Origin: a virus
Taxonomy: Duplodnaviria > Caudoviricetes
IMG/VR virus record: IMGVR_UViG_3300038317_000149
Coordinates: 1 to 31,915 of that record
Strand: one strand, 5' to 3'
DNA: 31,915 nt
Below are positions 17,344-26,269 of the stretch, one piece after another. Position 1 is the stretch's first letter. Each line of letters opens with the position of its first letter. The position numbers and the translations under genes were made by a program. Below the pieces are notes generated by a model, which was not told the DNA's origin, did not search any database, and saw only the letters and a program-made list of their open reading frames with translations.

Positions 17344-18381
17344 ATGGATGGGTTAGTAAGAAAAATAAGCAATCAGACAGCAGAGTCTTACTTATATGGA
17401 ATGATAGGCAGGGGTTTAGATATAGATGTAAATCTGTTGATAGCTCAAATAGAAGCCGTGCGAAGAGAGGGAGTAACTAAATTTGTGTTTTATGTAAATT
17501 CTGATGGTGGTGAAGTTGCACAGGGTAATGCTTTTTTCAACTATATGTTACGCACCGAAATTGATGTAACATGGATAGTTGACGGAATTGCTGCTTCTAT
17601 GATGGCGATGCTTATTACTAATCCTAAACACAAAGTGGTTGGAGCAAAATATTCTAAATATATGTATCATCGCATACAAGGTTATGTTTACGGTAACTCA
17701 AGCGAAGTTAGAGCCCATGCCGACATGATAGATACATTCGAGGATTCGCTAATAGATATGATGGCAACAAGGATGAAAGCAGATAAAGCAACTGTTAAGA
17801 AAGAATATTTTGAAGATGGTGTCGACCACTGGTTGTCGGCAGAACAAGCTCTCGAACTTGGGTTGATAGATGAGATACATCAACGCAACACAGAGATATT
17901 AGAAGCTGATTTGGCTAAAATTTCTAACAAAAGAGACGTTTGGAATTATTATCAAAAACAAATACTTAATCTAAAATTAAAAAAAATGGATAAAAACATG
18001 TATGCTCTTGCTATGGGGCTACCAAGCAACGAGGACGAAAGTAAAGTGTTAAATCACTTACAAGGTCTTGTTAATGAGAAAAAACAAATGAACGAGACTA
18101 TAGAGTCTCAACGAGAGACCATAAAACAACTTCAAGCTAGGTTAGATTCTTTTGAAAAAGCAAAAGTAACCAATCTAATCAACCAAGCTGTTGCTGAGAA
18201 AAAAATCAGCGAAGATGACAAAGAAACTTATTTGGCTTTAGCTGAAAAAGATTACGCTGGTGTTGAAAAGATTATCAACAAGTTGCCAAGTGTAGATAGG
18301 CTTGTAAATAAACTTGAAGGTAGTGTACCAAAAGAATCGGCTTGGACAAAGAGACAAGAAGAGATCAATGCTAACAAGTAA
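17344..18381 (+). CDS. ClpP-like head maturation protease fused to a scaffold domain
   Basis: VNSDGGEV, DGIAASM, YMYH, DHWLSAEQALELGLIDE, then a C-terminal coiled coil. Confidence 0.9.
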   Translation: MDGLVRKISNQTAESYLYGMIGRGLDIDVNLLIAQIEAVRREGVTKFVFYVNSDGGEVAQGNAFFNYMLRTEIDVTWIVDGIAASMMAMLITNPKHKVVGAKYSKYMYHRIQGYVYGNSSEVRAHADMIDTFEDSLIDMMATRMKADKATVKKEYFEDGVDHWLSAEQALELGLIDEIHQRNTEILEADLAKISNKRDVWNYYQKQILNLKLKKMDKNMYALAMGLPSNEDESKVLNHLQGLVNEKKQMNETIESQRETIKQLQARLDSFEKAKVTNLINQAVAEKKISEDDKETYLALAEKDYAGVEKIINKLPSVDRLVNKLEGSVPKESAWTKRQEEINANK

Positions 18382-18392
18382 AATCTAAAATT

Positions 18393-18680
18393 ATGGCAAA
18401 AAAAGCTGACAATACAAAACAAATAAACAATGCTGCACAAGTGGAAGATGTTGCACAAGTGGAAGATGCTGCACAAGTGGAAGATGTTGCACAAGTGGAA
18501 GATGTTGCACAAGTGGAAGATGTTGCACAAGTGGAAGATGTTACACAAGTATCAAACAGCACATTGGCAGAAATCTTAAATTCTTTAGCTAGAATTGAAA
18601 CTAAGCTACAGACTTTAGATTTGCAACCAACACATAGAGAGTTAGAAGTTTTTAAAGTTAAAACAAATAAAAAGAAATAG
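18393..18680 (+). CDS. Acidic repeat protein (AQVEDV)6 between protease and capsid
   Basis: 95 aa ORF tightly packed in the operon. Confidence 0.7.
   Translation: MAKKADNTKQINNAAQVEDVAQVEDAAQVEDVAQVEDVAQVEDVAQVEDVTQVSNSTLAEILNSLARIETKLQTLDLQPTHRELEVFKVKTNKKK
18435..18542 (+). repeat. 18-bp tandem repeat x6 (GCACAAGTGGAAGATGYT)
   Basis: Six units read directly, with one C/T variant, plus a partial seventh. Confidence 0.95.
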
Positions 18681-18683
18681 GAA

Positions 18684-19628
18684 ATGGGACTAAATGTAAC
18701 AAGCGCCTATTCAGGCGAAGTTTTAGAACAATTGCTAGTAAAAACAACTACTGGCAACCAATTAGTTGACGGTGGGCACATACGAGTTGAGCCTAATGTT
18801 ACTAAAAAATTCAGTATTCCTCGCTTACGTGCAGGAAACATGTTGCAAAAACGTAAAGAGAATCCTGAAATAACAGACAGTAAGGGTGATTTTACAGTTG
18901 ATGAAAAATATCTAGAACCAAAAGATTTTATGGCTTTTACGGTGTTTAATCCACGAGCATTTGAGCGCTTTTGGAGACCATACCAACCTAAAGGCAATTT
19001 GGTGTTTGCAGAATTGCCACCAGAAGCACAAAATGCAATGCTTGCTGAAATGGCAAAAGTTGTAGATTTTGAATTGGGTGGTCATTTCATTACTGGTGAG
19101 TATGGCACCAATGATGGAGAGTATTTTGACGGAATCTTAACCCGCATTTCAGCGAGTAGCAACGTGATTACTTTTGATTCTCCAGCAGCAATTACTTCTA
19201 CCAATATTCTTTCTGTATTAAAATCAGTACGCAACAGCATTCCTAAGCAATTACGTGGTAATGTGAATTTGAAAATCTTTATGAGTGTTGATGATGCAGA
19301 CCTTTATGATGACGTTCTTACCAATCAAGCTCACAAGGGTGCTGATTACACAGATGTCAACTCTGAAAGATTTAAAGGAATTAAAATAGTTCCTTTGGCT
19401 CAATGGACCAAAGATGTGGTTGTTGCTACTGTGGCTAGCTCTAATATAGATTCTAACTTCTGGGCAGGAGTGGGTTATGATGATGATGCAGAAGTTATAC
19501 AAATCGACAAATTGAGTAATGCTTCAGAATTGTATTTTTTCAAAATGCTTATGAAAGCAGACACAAACATTGTTTTCGACGAAGATATTGTGTTGTATGA
19601 TGGTAGAGTTAGTGTTGGTGATGAATAA
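18684..19628 (+). CDS. Major capsid protein
   Basis: 314 aa downstream of the protease (YSGEVLEQL...FNPRAFE...YFDGIL...YFFKMLMKAD). Confidence 0.82.
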   Translation: MGLNVTSAYSGEVLEQLLVKTTTGNQLVDGGHIRVEPNVTKKFSIPRLRAGNMLQKRKENPEITDSKGDFTVDEKYLEPKDFMAFTVFNPRAFERFWRPYQPKGNLVFAELPPEAQNAMLAEMAKVVDFELGGHFITGEYGTNDGEYFDGILTRISASSNVITFDSPAAITSTNILSVLKSVRNSIPKQLRGNVNLKIFMSVDDADLYDDVLTNQAHKGADYTDVNSERFKGIKIVPLAQWTKDVVVATVASSNIDSNFWAGVGYDDDAEVIQIDKLSNASELYFFKMLMKADTNIVFDEDIVLYDGRVSVGDE

Positions 19629-19636
19629 TTGATTGT

Positions 19637-20044
19637 ATGCGAAAGATTAATAAAATAGTGGTTCATTCTACTGCTACACCAGCTGGCAGAGTTGTAACGG
19701 TTGAAGAAATTGACCGCTGGCACAAAGCTAGGGGTTGGAAAGGCATAGGATACCACTATGTTATTGGTCTAAATGGCGAACGCTGGATTGGCAGACCTGA
19801 GCATGAGGTTGGGGTTCACACACGTAATCACAATCACGACAGTATCGGAGTGGTTTACGTGGGCGGAACTCTTGCTGATGTAAAAACGCCTGCCGACACT
19901 CGTACAGCTTTGCAAAAAGCAGAGCTTCAAAAATTGCTTAAAGAGTTAAAAATAAAGTATCAGTGTGTAATTTATGGACATCGAGACTTTAATGCAACAG
20001 CATGTCCAAGTTTTGATGCTAAAAACGAATATAAAAACTTGTAA
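19637..20044 (+). CDS. Endolysin, T7-lysozyme-type N-acetylmuramoyl-L-alanine amidase
   Basis: IVVHSTAT, IGYHYVI, SIGVVYVGG, GHRD...ACPSF. Confidence 0.93.
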   Translation: MRKINKIVVHSTATPAGRVVTVEEIDRWHKARGWKGIGYHYVIGLNGERWIGRPEHEVGVHTRNHNHDSIGVVYVGGTLADVKTPADTRTALQKAELQKLLKELKIKYQCVIYGHRDFNATACPSFDAKNEYKNL

Positions 20045-20047
20045 ATC

Positions 20048-20395
20048 ATGGATTTTGTGATAACATATATACTTATTCCCCTGTCAGCTACCTTACTTGG
20101 TAGTGGTGGCGTTGGAATATGGCTTACAAGAGTTTTTAGCACAAAGATGGAGAAGCAAAATAAGGAAGCTATGCTCATAAGTAGCACGATTTCCGAGATG
20201 CTAAAAACCATAGACAACCTGATGTTGAAATACACAGAGTTGCAGAATGAGTTGCTGCAGAAGTCGGAGCAATTGCTACGTAAGGAGATTGAGAATGCGG
20301 AGCTAATCACTACAGTTGAGGAGTTAAAAAAAGAAATTGCAAAACACAAGAAAAGAATTTCTGATTTGCAAGAAAAACTAAAAACAACAAGCTAA
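20048..20395 (+). CDS. Membrane-anchored coiled-coil lysis protein (holin- or i-spanin-like)
   Basis: N-terminal hydrophobic segment plus a long coiled coil, between the endolysin and a lipoprotein. Confidence 0.55.
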   Translation: MDFVITYILIPLSATLLGSGGVGIWLTRVFSTKMEKQNKEAMLISSTISEMLKTIDNLMLKYTELQNELLQKSEQLLRKEIENAELITTVEELKKEIAKHKKRISDLQEKLKTTS

Positions 20396-20414
20396 AATAA
20401 ATAAAAGTTGAATT

Positions 20415-20933
20415 ATGAAAAAGTTATTAATTATTTTTATGTTATCGTTGGTAAGCCTGCAATTTATGGGCTGTAAATCCAACAAGCCCGTGTCTTATGA
20501 ATTTGATAAGGAGACACAAATGGAGTACACTGCTGCGACAGAAGTACAAAGAGACATTGTTCTTCAGCATGAAACTGTTGTAAAAAGCTTAGAAAATGCA
20601 GAAAGTTCTGAAATTCAAAAGATTGAAGAATATATGCCTATTCCGCCAGCTTTAGATAAAACCGTATTGGTTAAAACAACTACGATTGAAAAGACGTATA
20701 GGTTAGGTAAAGATGTTGATACAAACACGAGTAGTACTGAAGTTGAGAATATAAATATAAATAGTGATAGTAGTTTTACAACGCAGGAACAATCCCAGCA
20801 GGTGGCAACTTATCAAACCAAGAATGATAAAGACAATAGGTCTAAAAAGTGGGTGCGATGGGCGGTCGGTAGTTTTTTTTTACAGCCTCAATATTGCTGT
20901 TGGTTATATTTAAAATCAAACCAAAATGGCTAA
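20415..20933 (+). CDS. Lipoprotein, probable spanin; a C-terminal TM segment lies in the -1 frame (to 20947)
   Basis: Signal peptide II ending FMG-C20, and a T9 run at 20873-20881. Confidence 0.7.
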   Translation: MKKLLIIFMLSLVSLQFMGCKSNKPVSYEFDKETQMEYTAATEVQRDIVLQHETVVKSLENAESSEIQKIEEYMPIPPALDKTVLVKTTTIEKTYRLGKDVDTNTSSTEVENININSDSSFTTQEQSQQVATYQTKNDKDNRSKKWVRWAVGSFFLQPQYCCWLYLKSNQNG

Positions 20934-21123
20934 AAAGAAAACAGTAAAACAAGAACCGTTAGAAATAAAATTTGACGGAAAAAACTTCTCGGTTGCTGGA
21001 CGCATTTTTGAAACCAGACTAAAAGTCGAGAGGTTTTTAGCAACACAAGTAGTTGTAGAACAAAGTGATAATAAACAAGAAGTAGAACCATTAAATAATA
21101 AAAACGATGATACCTCTGAATGA
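20926..21123 (+). CDS. Small hypothetical protein upstream of the sheath gene
   Basis: 65 aa, overlapping both neighbours in operon fashion. Confidence 0.55.
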   Translation: MAKKKTVKQEPLEIKFDGKNFSVAGRIFETRLKVERFLATQVVVEQSDNKQEVEPLNNKNDDTSE

Positions 21124-22375
21124 TATAGTTTTTGAACGTCAAGTTGGCGGACTAAAACGCGAAGCTGAAAGCGAAGATGTGATTTCGGGATTGATAATGC
21201 TGTTAGAAGCCATGCCCTTTGCATCTGGGTCTCCACTTATAGAAATCTTAGTTACGCCCCAAATTAAAATGTTTGTCGCAAAAATACGTTATTTTGAGGA
21301 GCTTGCAGAAATTTATGGTGTTGAAGAATCTGAAATCACATACACTAATGGCGTTTTAGATACTGGACAGGGCGTGCAGTTGGCGAAAAATGCTGTAGTA
21401 TATCATACACAAGAATTCTTTCGCCAGTCTCCAACAGGCGAACTGTGGCTTGGTGTAACAATTGAAGGAGATGGTGTTCCAAAAGAAGCTATTTTAGCCC
21501 TACAAAATAAGGCACAAGGCAAAATTAGACAATTAGGAGTATTTACACCAAAATCTGAAGACATCATCCAATATCAATATGCAGCAGCTGGCGATGGCAT
21601 TGAAAAGGGATTAGAGCAAATGCACAGACCTTTAAGCATAGTTGTGGGTCTTAGCAAAGAGGGCTTGACTTTGAGTAATCTTTTGAGCGCAAATCCTCAC
21701 TTTAGCGATACTGAATCGCGTAAAAACCTTAGTTTGCTTATAGCTTGCGATTTAGACGCACGAGTTTTATCTCAATTAGGCGAGGAACAATATGGCTATT
21801 ATGGCTGTGTTGGAAATGTCTTAGGCGCAATATCAGCCTCACGCGTTAACGAAAGCATTGCTTGGGTAGGAAAGTTTAAGGCAGGTCTCAAGAAACCAGG
21901 GTTAATTACTGGCGAATTGCTTGATGAGTTAAGCGACACAGATTTGAATGTGCTGAACGATAATAGATATATTTTCGTTAGATATGTAGAAGGAATTTCA
22001 GGCAATTACTTTAACGATTCACACACTTTAGATCCTGTAACTAGTGATTATGCTTATATCGAAAATGTTAGAACTATGGATAAGGCTGTGCGTGAAATTC
22101 GCAAAAAGCTAGTTCCTTTCCTAAATTCGCCAATAGCCATTAATTCTTCAACAGGAACTTTGGCAGACATTTCAATTGCAAATTTAGAAAACGTTGCAAA
22201 TTCTGCCTTAGAAGAAATGGAGAAAAGAGGCGAAATTTCAGGACATAGAGTTGCTATCAATCCAGATCAAAATGTTTTGGCAACAGGTGAAATTGAATTC
22301 CAAATTCAAAAAGTGCCTATAGGGGTTGTTCGCAGAATGAGAATTAAAATAGGTTTCACACAAAAATTAGATTGA
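21107..22375 (+). CDS. Tail sheath protein (DUF2586-like)
   Basis: VNESIAWVGKF, YFNDSHT, SDYAYIENVRTMDKAVR, GEISG..V.INPDQNVL, PIGV.R. Confidence 0.88.
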   Translation: MIPLNDIVFERQVGGLKREAESEDVISGLIMLLEAMPFASGSPLIEILVTPQIKMFVAKIRYFEELAEIYGVEESEITYTNGVLDTGQGVQLAKNAVVYHTQEFFRQSPTGELWLGVTIEGDGVPKEAILALQNKAQGKIRQLGVFTPKSEDIIQYQYAAAGDGIEKGLEQMHRPLSIVVGLSKEGLTLSNLLSANPHFSDTESRKNLSLLIACDLDARVLSQLGEEQYGYYGCVGNVLGAISASRVNESIAWVGKFKAGLKKPGLITGELLDELSDTDLNVLNDNRYIFVRYVEGISGNYFNDSHTLDPVTSDYAYIENVRTMDKAVREIRKKLVPFLNSPIAINSSTGTLADISIANLENVANSALEEMEKRGEISGHRVAINPDQNVLATGEIEFQIQKVPIGVVRRMRIKIGFTQKLD

Positions 22376-22376
22376 T

Positions 22377-22853
22377 ATGAATAATAGTAGATTAATTCCG
22401 CTTATAAATGGCGTTGAGCATTCGTGGGCTGACATTGCTGTTGTTGCAGCAGGCGTGCTACTGGTGGGTATTACAGAGATCAATTATGCAGATGAGCAAG
22501 TTGTTGAGAACGCTTACGGCATAGGATCTAATCCAGTAGGTAGGGGTTATGGCAACATAACTCCATCTGCAGACATAACTATCTCAAGAAAAGAGGTTGA
22601 AGCGCTGCGAGCAGCAAGCCCAACTGGAAGATTGCAAGATATAGAACCATTCGATATTATAGTTGCTTACATTCCAATTAAAGGAAATACTAAGTTTACG
22701 CACACAATCAAGCAATGTTCTTTTGCAAATGATAGTGCTAGTTGGAAGCAAGGCGACACGCATAATAATGTCAATTTAAAACTGGTGCCATCAGCGATCG
22801 TGTGGGATTTAAACAAGATCACTCAAACATATGTAGGTAACCCAATGTTTTAA
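22377..22853 (+). CDS. Tail tube protein
   Basis: LINGVEHSWADI...GITEINY...YGIG..PVGRGYG, directly after the sheath gene. Confidence 0.85.
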   Translation: MNNSRLIPLINGVEHSWADIAVVAAGVLLVGITEINYADEQVVENAYGIGSNPVGRGYGNITPSADITISRKEVEALRAASPTGRLQDIEPFDIIVAYIPIKGNTKFTHTIKQCSFANDSASWKQGDTHNNVNLKLVPSAIVWDLNKITQTYVGNPMF

Positions 22854-22870
22854 ATCAAAAAATACTAATT

Positions 22871-23164
22871 ATGACAAAAGTAACAAAAGAGCAAATAGCA
22901 ATGTGGAAAAAGCAGTACGGCGATGTTTTTGAAGTAACTGCTGGCGATAAAGCGTGCTATCTAAAGCGACCAGATCGCCACACGCTTAAAGCTGCCGATG
23001 CGATAGGGAGTGAAGATCCTATGAGATATAACGAAATTCTTTTAGAAAACTGTTGGGTTGACGGCGATACCGAGATGAAAACAAACGACAACTACTTTAT
23101 GCAAGTGGTGCCAGTTTTAACAGAGTTGGTAAATTTCGGAAAGGCAACTATAAAAAAGCTATAG
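22871..23164 (+). CDS. Tail assembly chaperone (gpG-type)
   Basis: WKKQYGDVF...YLKRPDR...ENCWVDGD; ends in the slippery sequence A AAA AAG. Confidence 0.82.
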   Translation: MTKVTKEQIAMWKKQYGDVFEVTAGDKACYLKRPDRHTLKAADAIGSEDPMRYNEILLENCWVDGDTEMKTNDNYFMQVVPVLTELVNFGKATIKKL

Positions 23165-23352
23165 CAGAGGCGGTTGATGTTGGAGAGTATGATATAATAG
23201 AGTATTACGACACACTGTTGGAATATTATCTACACATCAATCCCTCTGAGCTTTCAGACAAACAGTGGGTTACTAAAATCGCAATTCTTAAAACCGTTAG
23301 AGAAAAAGAAGCACAAAAAGACGAAACATTATGGCAAACGCAGGAGATGTAA
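23152..23352 (+). CDS. -1 frameshift extension of the tail chaperone (gpT-type)
   Basis: The -1 frame is open for 64 codons: AIAEAVDVGEYDIIEYYDTLLEYYLHINPSELSDKQWVTKIAILKTVREKE...QEM*. Confidence 0.78.
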   Translation, partial: KKAIAEAVDVGEYDIIEYYDTLLEYYLHINPSELSDKQWVTKIAILKTVREKEAQKDETLWQTQEM

Positions 23353-25313
23353 TATTCGCAATAAAAACCATCTGGGAAGGCAGTGCTGCTTTTTCAGAGG
23401 CTAGTAAGTCGGCTCAAAAAACTAAAGAAAAAGTTGATGAGCTTGGCGATTCTATAAGATCTGCAAGCGACCAAACTAAATCTATGTTTAAAGCGTTTCT
23501 TGGAGCAAGTGCGGTGCAAAAAGGTTTTAGTATGCTCACAAATGCAGTTTCGGGATTTATAAATCAAAGCGAAACAATGTACAAAGACCATAATGTTGCA
23601 CTTACCCAACTGACCAATACTATGCGAAACTCCATGAGTGCTAGCGATGCCGAGATTGAGAGCATTCTCAAATTAACAGAAGCACAAACAAAACTCGGAG
23701 TTGTCAGCACAGAGGTTCAGTTAAGTGGTGCTAAGGAGCTGTCTAGCTATTTGCAGAAAAAAGAAAGTTTAGAAAAGTTAATTCCTGTAATGAACGATAT
23801 GCTTGCGTATCAATACGGATTAGGTACCACACAGGAACAGGCAGCAAATATTGCAATGTTATTAGGTCGAGTTCTTGATGGACAAACTGGAGCTTTAAGC
23901 AGAAACGGATATAGGTTTAGTGAAGCTCAGAAAGAGGTTTTGGAATACGGCAACGAAAGCGAGAGGGTTGCTATGTTAGCCGAAGTTATTTCACAAACAG
24001 TGGAAGGTGTCAACAAATCTTTGGCAGCAACACCTGAAGGTAAGGTTAAGCAAATTGCAAACGAATATAGGCATGTGCAGGTGGAAATTGGTAAATTAGT
24101 TACAAAAATTAGGGGCGAAGCCACTGCGGTGTTTAATCAAGTTGTTGTAAAATTATGGGAAAATCGAAACACTGTATTGCAGGTTGTAAAAGCTGTTGGA
24201 GTTTTGACAGCAGGGGTTGTGGCTTATAGGGTTGGTGTAATCGCCGCTAATGTTGTAGGAAAAGTGTGGAATGGCTTAATGAAGGCAAAAACCGTAGCGA
24301 TGAGCCTTTATACTGGCTCCGTAAAGGCGGCAACAGTGGCTACTAAGCTCTTTAACAAAGTCACCAAAGCCAATGTGGTTGGAGCGATAGTTAGCGTAAT
24401 AACCGCAGCTGCGACTGCTTTTTTGCTATTCAGAAAAAACGCAGAGCGAGCTACAGATGCTACTAAAGGCTTAACAGAGGCAAAAAGAATGTTGAATGAT
24501 GTTGAAGCAGAATCGCATCGTAAAGCTGATGGTGAATTAACTAGATTAAAGTTGTTGTACGGAGCTACGCAAGACTTAACTTTGTCGTATGAAAAACGTT
24601 TGGCAGCAGCAAAGGAGCTTATTCGCCTATATCCTGACACTTTTAAGGGGCTAAGTGCTGAGGCAATATTGGCAGGAAAAGCACAGGGGGCGTATGATGA
24701 TCTGACTGCTTCAATTCTGCGAAAAGCTTATGTTGAAGCTGTGGCTGAGAAGTTGAAAGAGGTAGAAGGTAAAATGATGGACTTAGATCTTAGAAGAGAG
24801 TATTTGGGCGATTATGAAGTTGTTGATCTTTCAGATTTTAAACCAAGCATGTGGTCATTAAAGGGTGCGGCTCAACAACGAAGCGATGAAGCTCAAAGAA
24901 GAATCGATGAAAATGAAAAAGAAGAAGCAGCCTTACAACTACAAAAAAACAAACTTGAAGAGACTATTAGAGGATTTTCAGAGGAAGAAATGAAAAAACT
25001 GCTTGGTATCGTAGCGGGCGATTCTTCTGAATTTGGTAATGTTGATTTTAATTTAGATGATTTTTTAAATCCAAACGGCGGTAGTGGTGATAACAACACC
25101 ACTAAGGACGGCGCTCTCAAAACTGCAGATGCTATTACTGCAGGTGGTAAGGGAATTCGAAACTTTTATATCAATATAGATAGTTTGATAGGTTCTACCA
25201 ATAATTACTTTACTAGCTCCAAAGATGATCCTGCAAGCGCAAGTGATTTTATGCAAAAACTAAGCAATGCTCTGCAATTAGTTGTTAACGATGTTAATTA
25301 TATAGCAGATTGA
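23331..25313 (+). CDS. Tail tape measure protein
   Basis: 660 aa, Ala-rich and helical with hydrophobic segments, after the chaperones. Confidence 0.88.
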   Translation: MANAGDVIFAIKTIWEGSAAFSEASKSAQKTKEKVDELGDSIRSASDQTKSMFKAFLGASAVQKGFSMLTNAVSGFINQSETMYKDHNVALTQLTNTMRNSMSASDAEIESILKLTEAQTKLGVVSTEVQLSGAKELSSYLQKKESLEKLIPVMNDMLAYQYGLGTTQEQAANIAMLLGRVLDGQTGALSRNGYRFSEAQKEVLEYGNESERVAMLAEVISQTVEGVNKSLAATPEGKVKQIANEYRHVQVEIGKLVTKIRGEATAVFNQVVVKLWENRNTVLQVVKAVGVLTAGVVAYRVGVIAANVVGKVWNGLMKAKTVAMSLYTGSVKAATVATKLFNKVTKANVVGAIVSVITAAATAFLLFRKNAERATDATKGLTEAKRMLNDVEAESHRKADGELTRLKLLYGATQDLTLSYEKRLAAAKELIRLYPDTFKGLSAEAILAGKAQGAYDDLTASILRKAYVEAVAEKLKEVEGKMMDLDLRREYLGDYEVVDLSDFKPSMWSLKGAAQQRSDEAQRRIDENEKEEAALQLQKNKLEETIRGFSEEEMKKLLGIVAGDSSEFGNVDFNLDDFLNPNGGSGDNNTTKDGALKTADAITAGGKGIRNFYINIDSLIGSTNNYFTSSKDDPASASDFMQKLSNALQLVVNDVNYIAD

Positions 25314-25317
25314 TGAT

Positions 25318-25956
25318 ATGAGTTCAATTTATATAACACAGGGCGGTGGCAAAGAGATACTTATAGGTGGTAACATCCAACGAGGTATAGCTAATAGAGC
25401 CTATGAAATAGGACTCACAGCTGTGCGTAAGACAGTATTTTCTTCTAAGCTAGGTTCGCGCATAAAACTAGATCCTACAGATGACGAATTGTTGTTAAAT
25501 TATGGCGGTTCTTACCCAAATTCCCTGCTGTTATATTCTGATGATACATCTATTGAGTTAGTTGACGTGAAGATAGATGTAACCCAAGAAAACACTATTG
25601 TTAAAACGCCTATGGTAGGAACCAGGGGTACCATAAAAGAACTCATTAATGCTAAAGATTATGTTGTGAAAATAAGTGGCAACATACACAATGCTACTGA
25701 AAGCGGAGATGTTGATTTATATAATGGTAATGTGTATCCTATTGCTCAACTTGCAAAATTAGAAAACATTTTATACCAGTTAAAAATATTTAGTGTTGTA
25801 AATGTTTTTTTAAACACATTGGGGATTAACAATTTAGTTTTAGAGTCAGCAAGTTTCAAACAGCAAGGTCAAAAACATTTTAACATTTTACCTTTTAATC
25901 TAGATTTTGTTTCTGATGAAGACAATTATTTTTTAGTAGAACCTTATTTAAGTTAA
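25318..25956 (+). CDS. Tail tube initiator-like protein (DUF6046-like)
   Basis: IVKTPMVGTRGTIKELINAKDYVVKISG...YP...VSDE. Confidence 0.75.
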   Translation: MSSIYITQGGGKEILIGGNIQRGIANRAYEIGLTAVRKTVFSSKLGSRIKLDPTDDELLLNYGGSYPNSLLLYSDDTSIELVDVKIDVTQENTIVKTPMVGTRGTIKELINAKDYVVKISGNIHNATESGDVDLYNGNVYPIAQLAKLENILYQLKIFSVVNVFLNTLGINNLVLESASFKQQGQKHFNILPFNLDFVSDEDNYFLVEPYLS

Positions 25957-25957
25957 A

Positions 25958-26269
25958 TCATGGAGTGTAATCAACAAATCTTATTTTCATATCTTCGCCA
26001 TGGTCAACTATGCGGACACGCAAATCTTCACCATGTTCAACAATTCTCCACTCATAACAATATAACGCGGGGCGTTCTACTAGCCTTATTTTCACATCTT
26101 CGCCACGATCTACTACTCTTATTTTCACATCTTCACCATGATCTACTATTCGTATTCTTCCCATCATTGAAATGCCCTTATATGTGCAATCATCTTGATC
26201 ATTCTCAACAAATGGTTGATACGACAAGCTTAGAAAAAATGTTAAACAAAAAATTGCAAGTGTTTTCAT
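25958..26269 (-). CDS. Secreted repeat protein, probable 7(1) septoil-knot family (moron)
   Basis: Signal peptide MKTLAIFCLTFFLSLS, then CTYKGISMMGRIRIVDHGED, 11-aa repeats and C.EWRIV. Confidence 0.7.
   Translation of the reverse strand: MKTLAIFCLTFFLSLSYQPFVENDQDDCTYKGISMMGRIRIVDHGEDVKIRVVDRGEDVKIRLVERPALYCYEWRIVEHGEDLRVRIVDHGEDMKIRFVDYTP

Noticed and set aside
18435-18542. CRISPR array
   Set aside because: Contiguous 18-bp units with no spacers, in frame within an ORF, and no cas genes.
18252-18562. Cys-rich minus-strand ORFs (CNIFHL / CATSST repeats)
   Set aside because: Antisense shadows of the 18-bp repeat.
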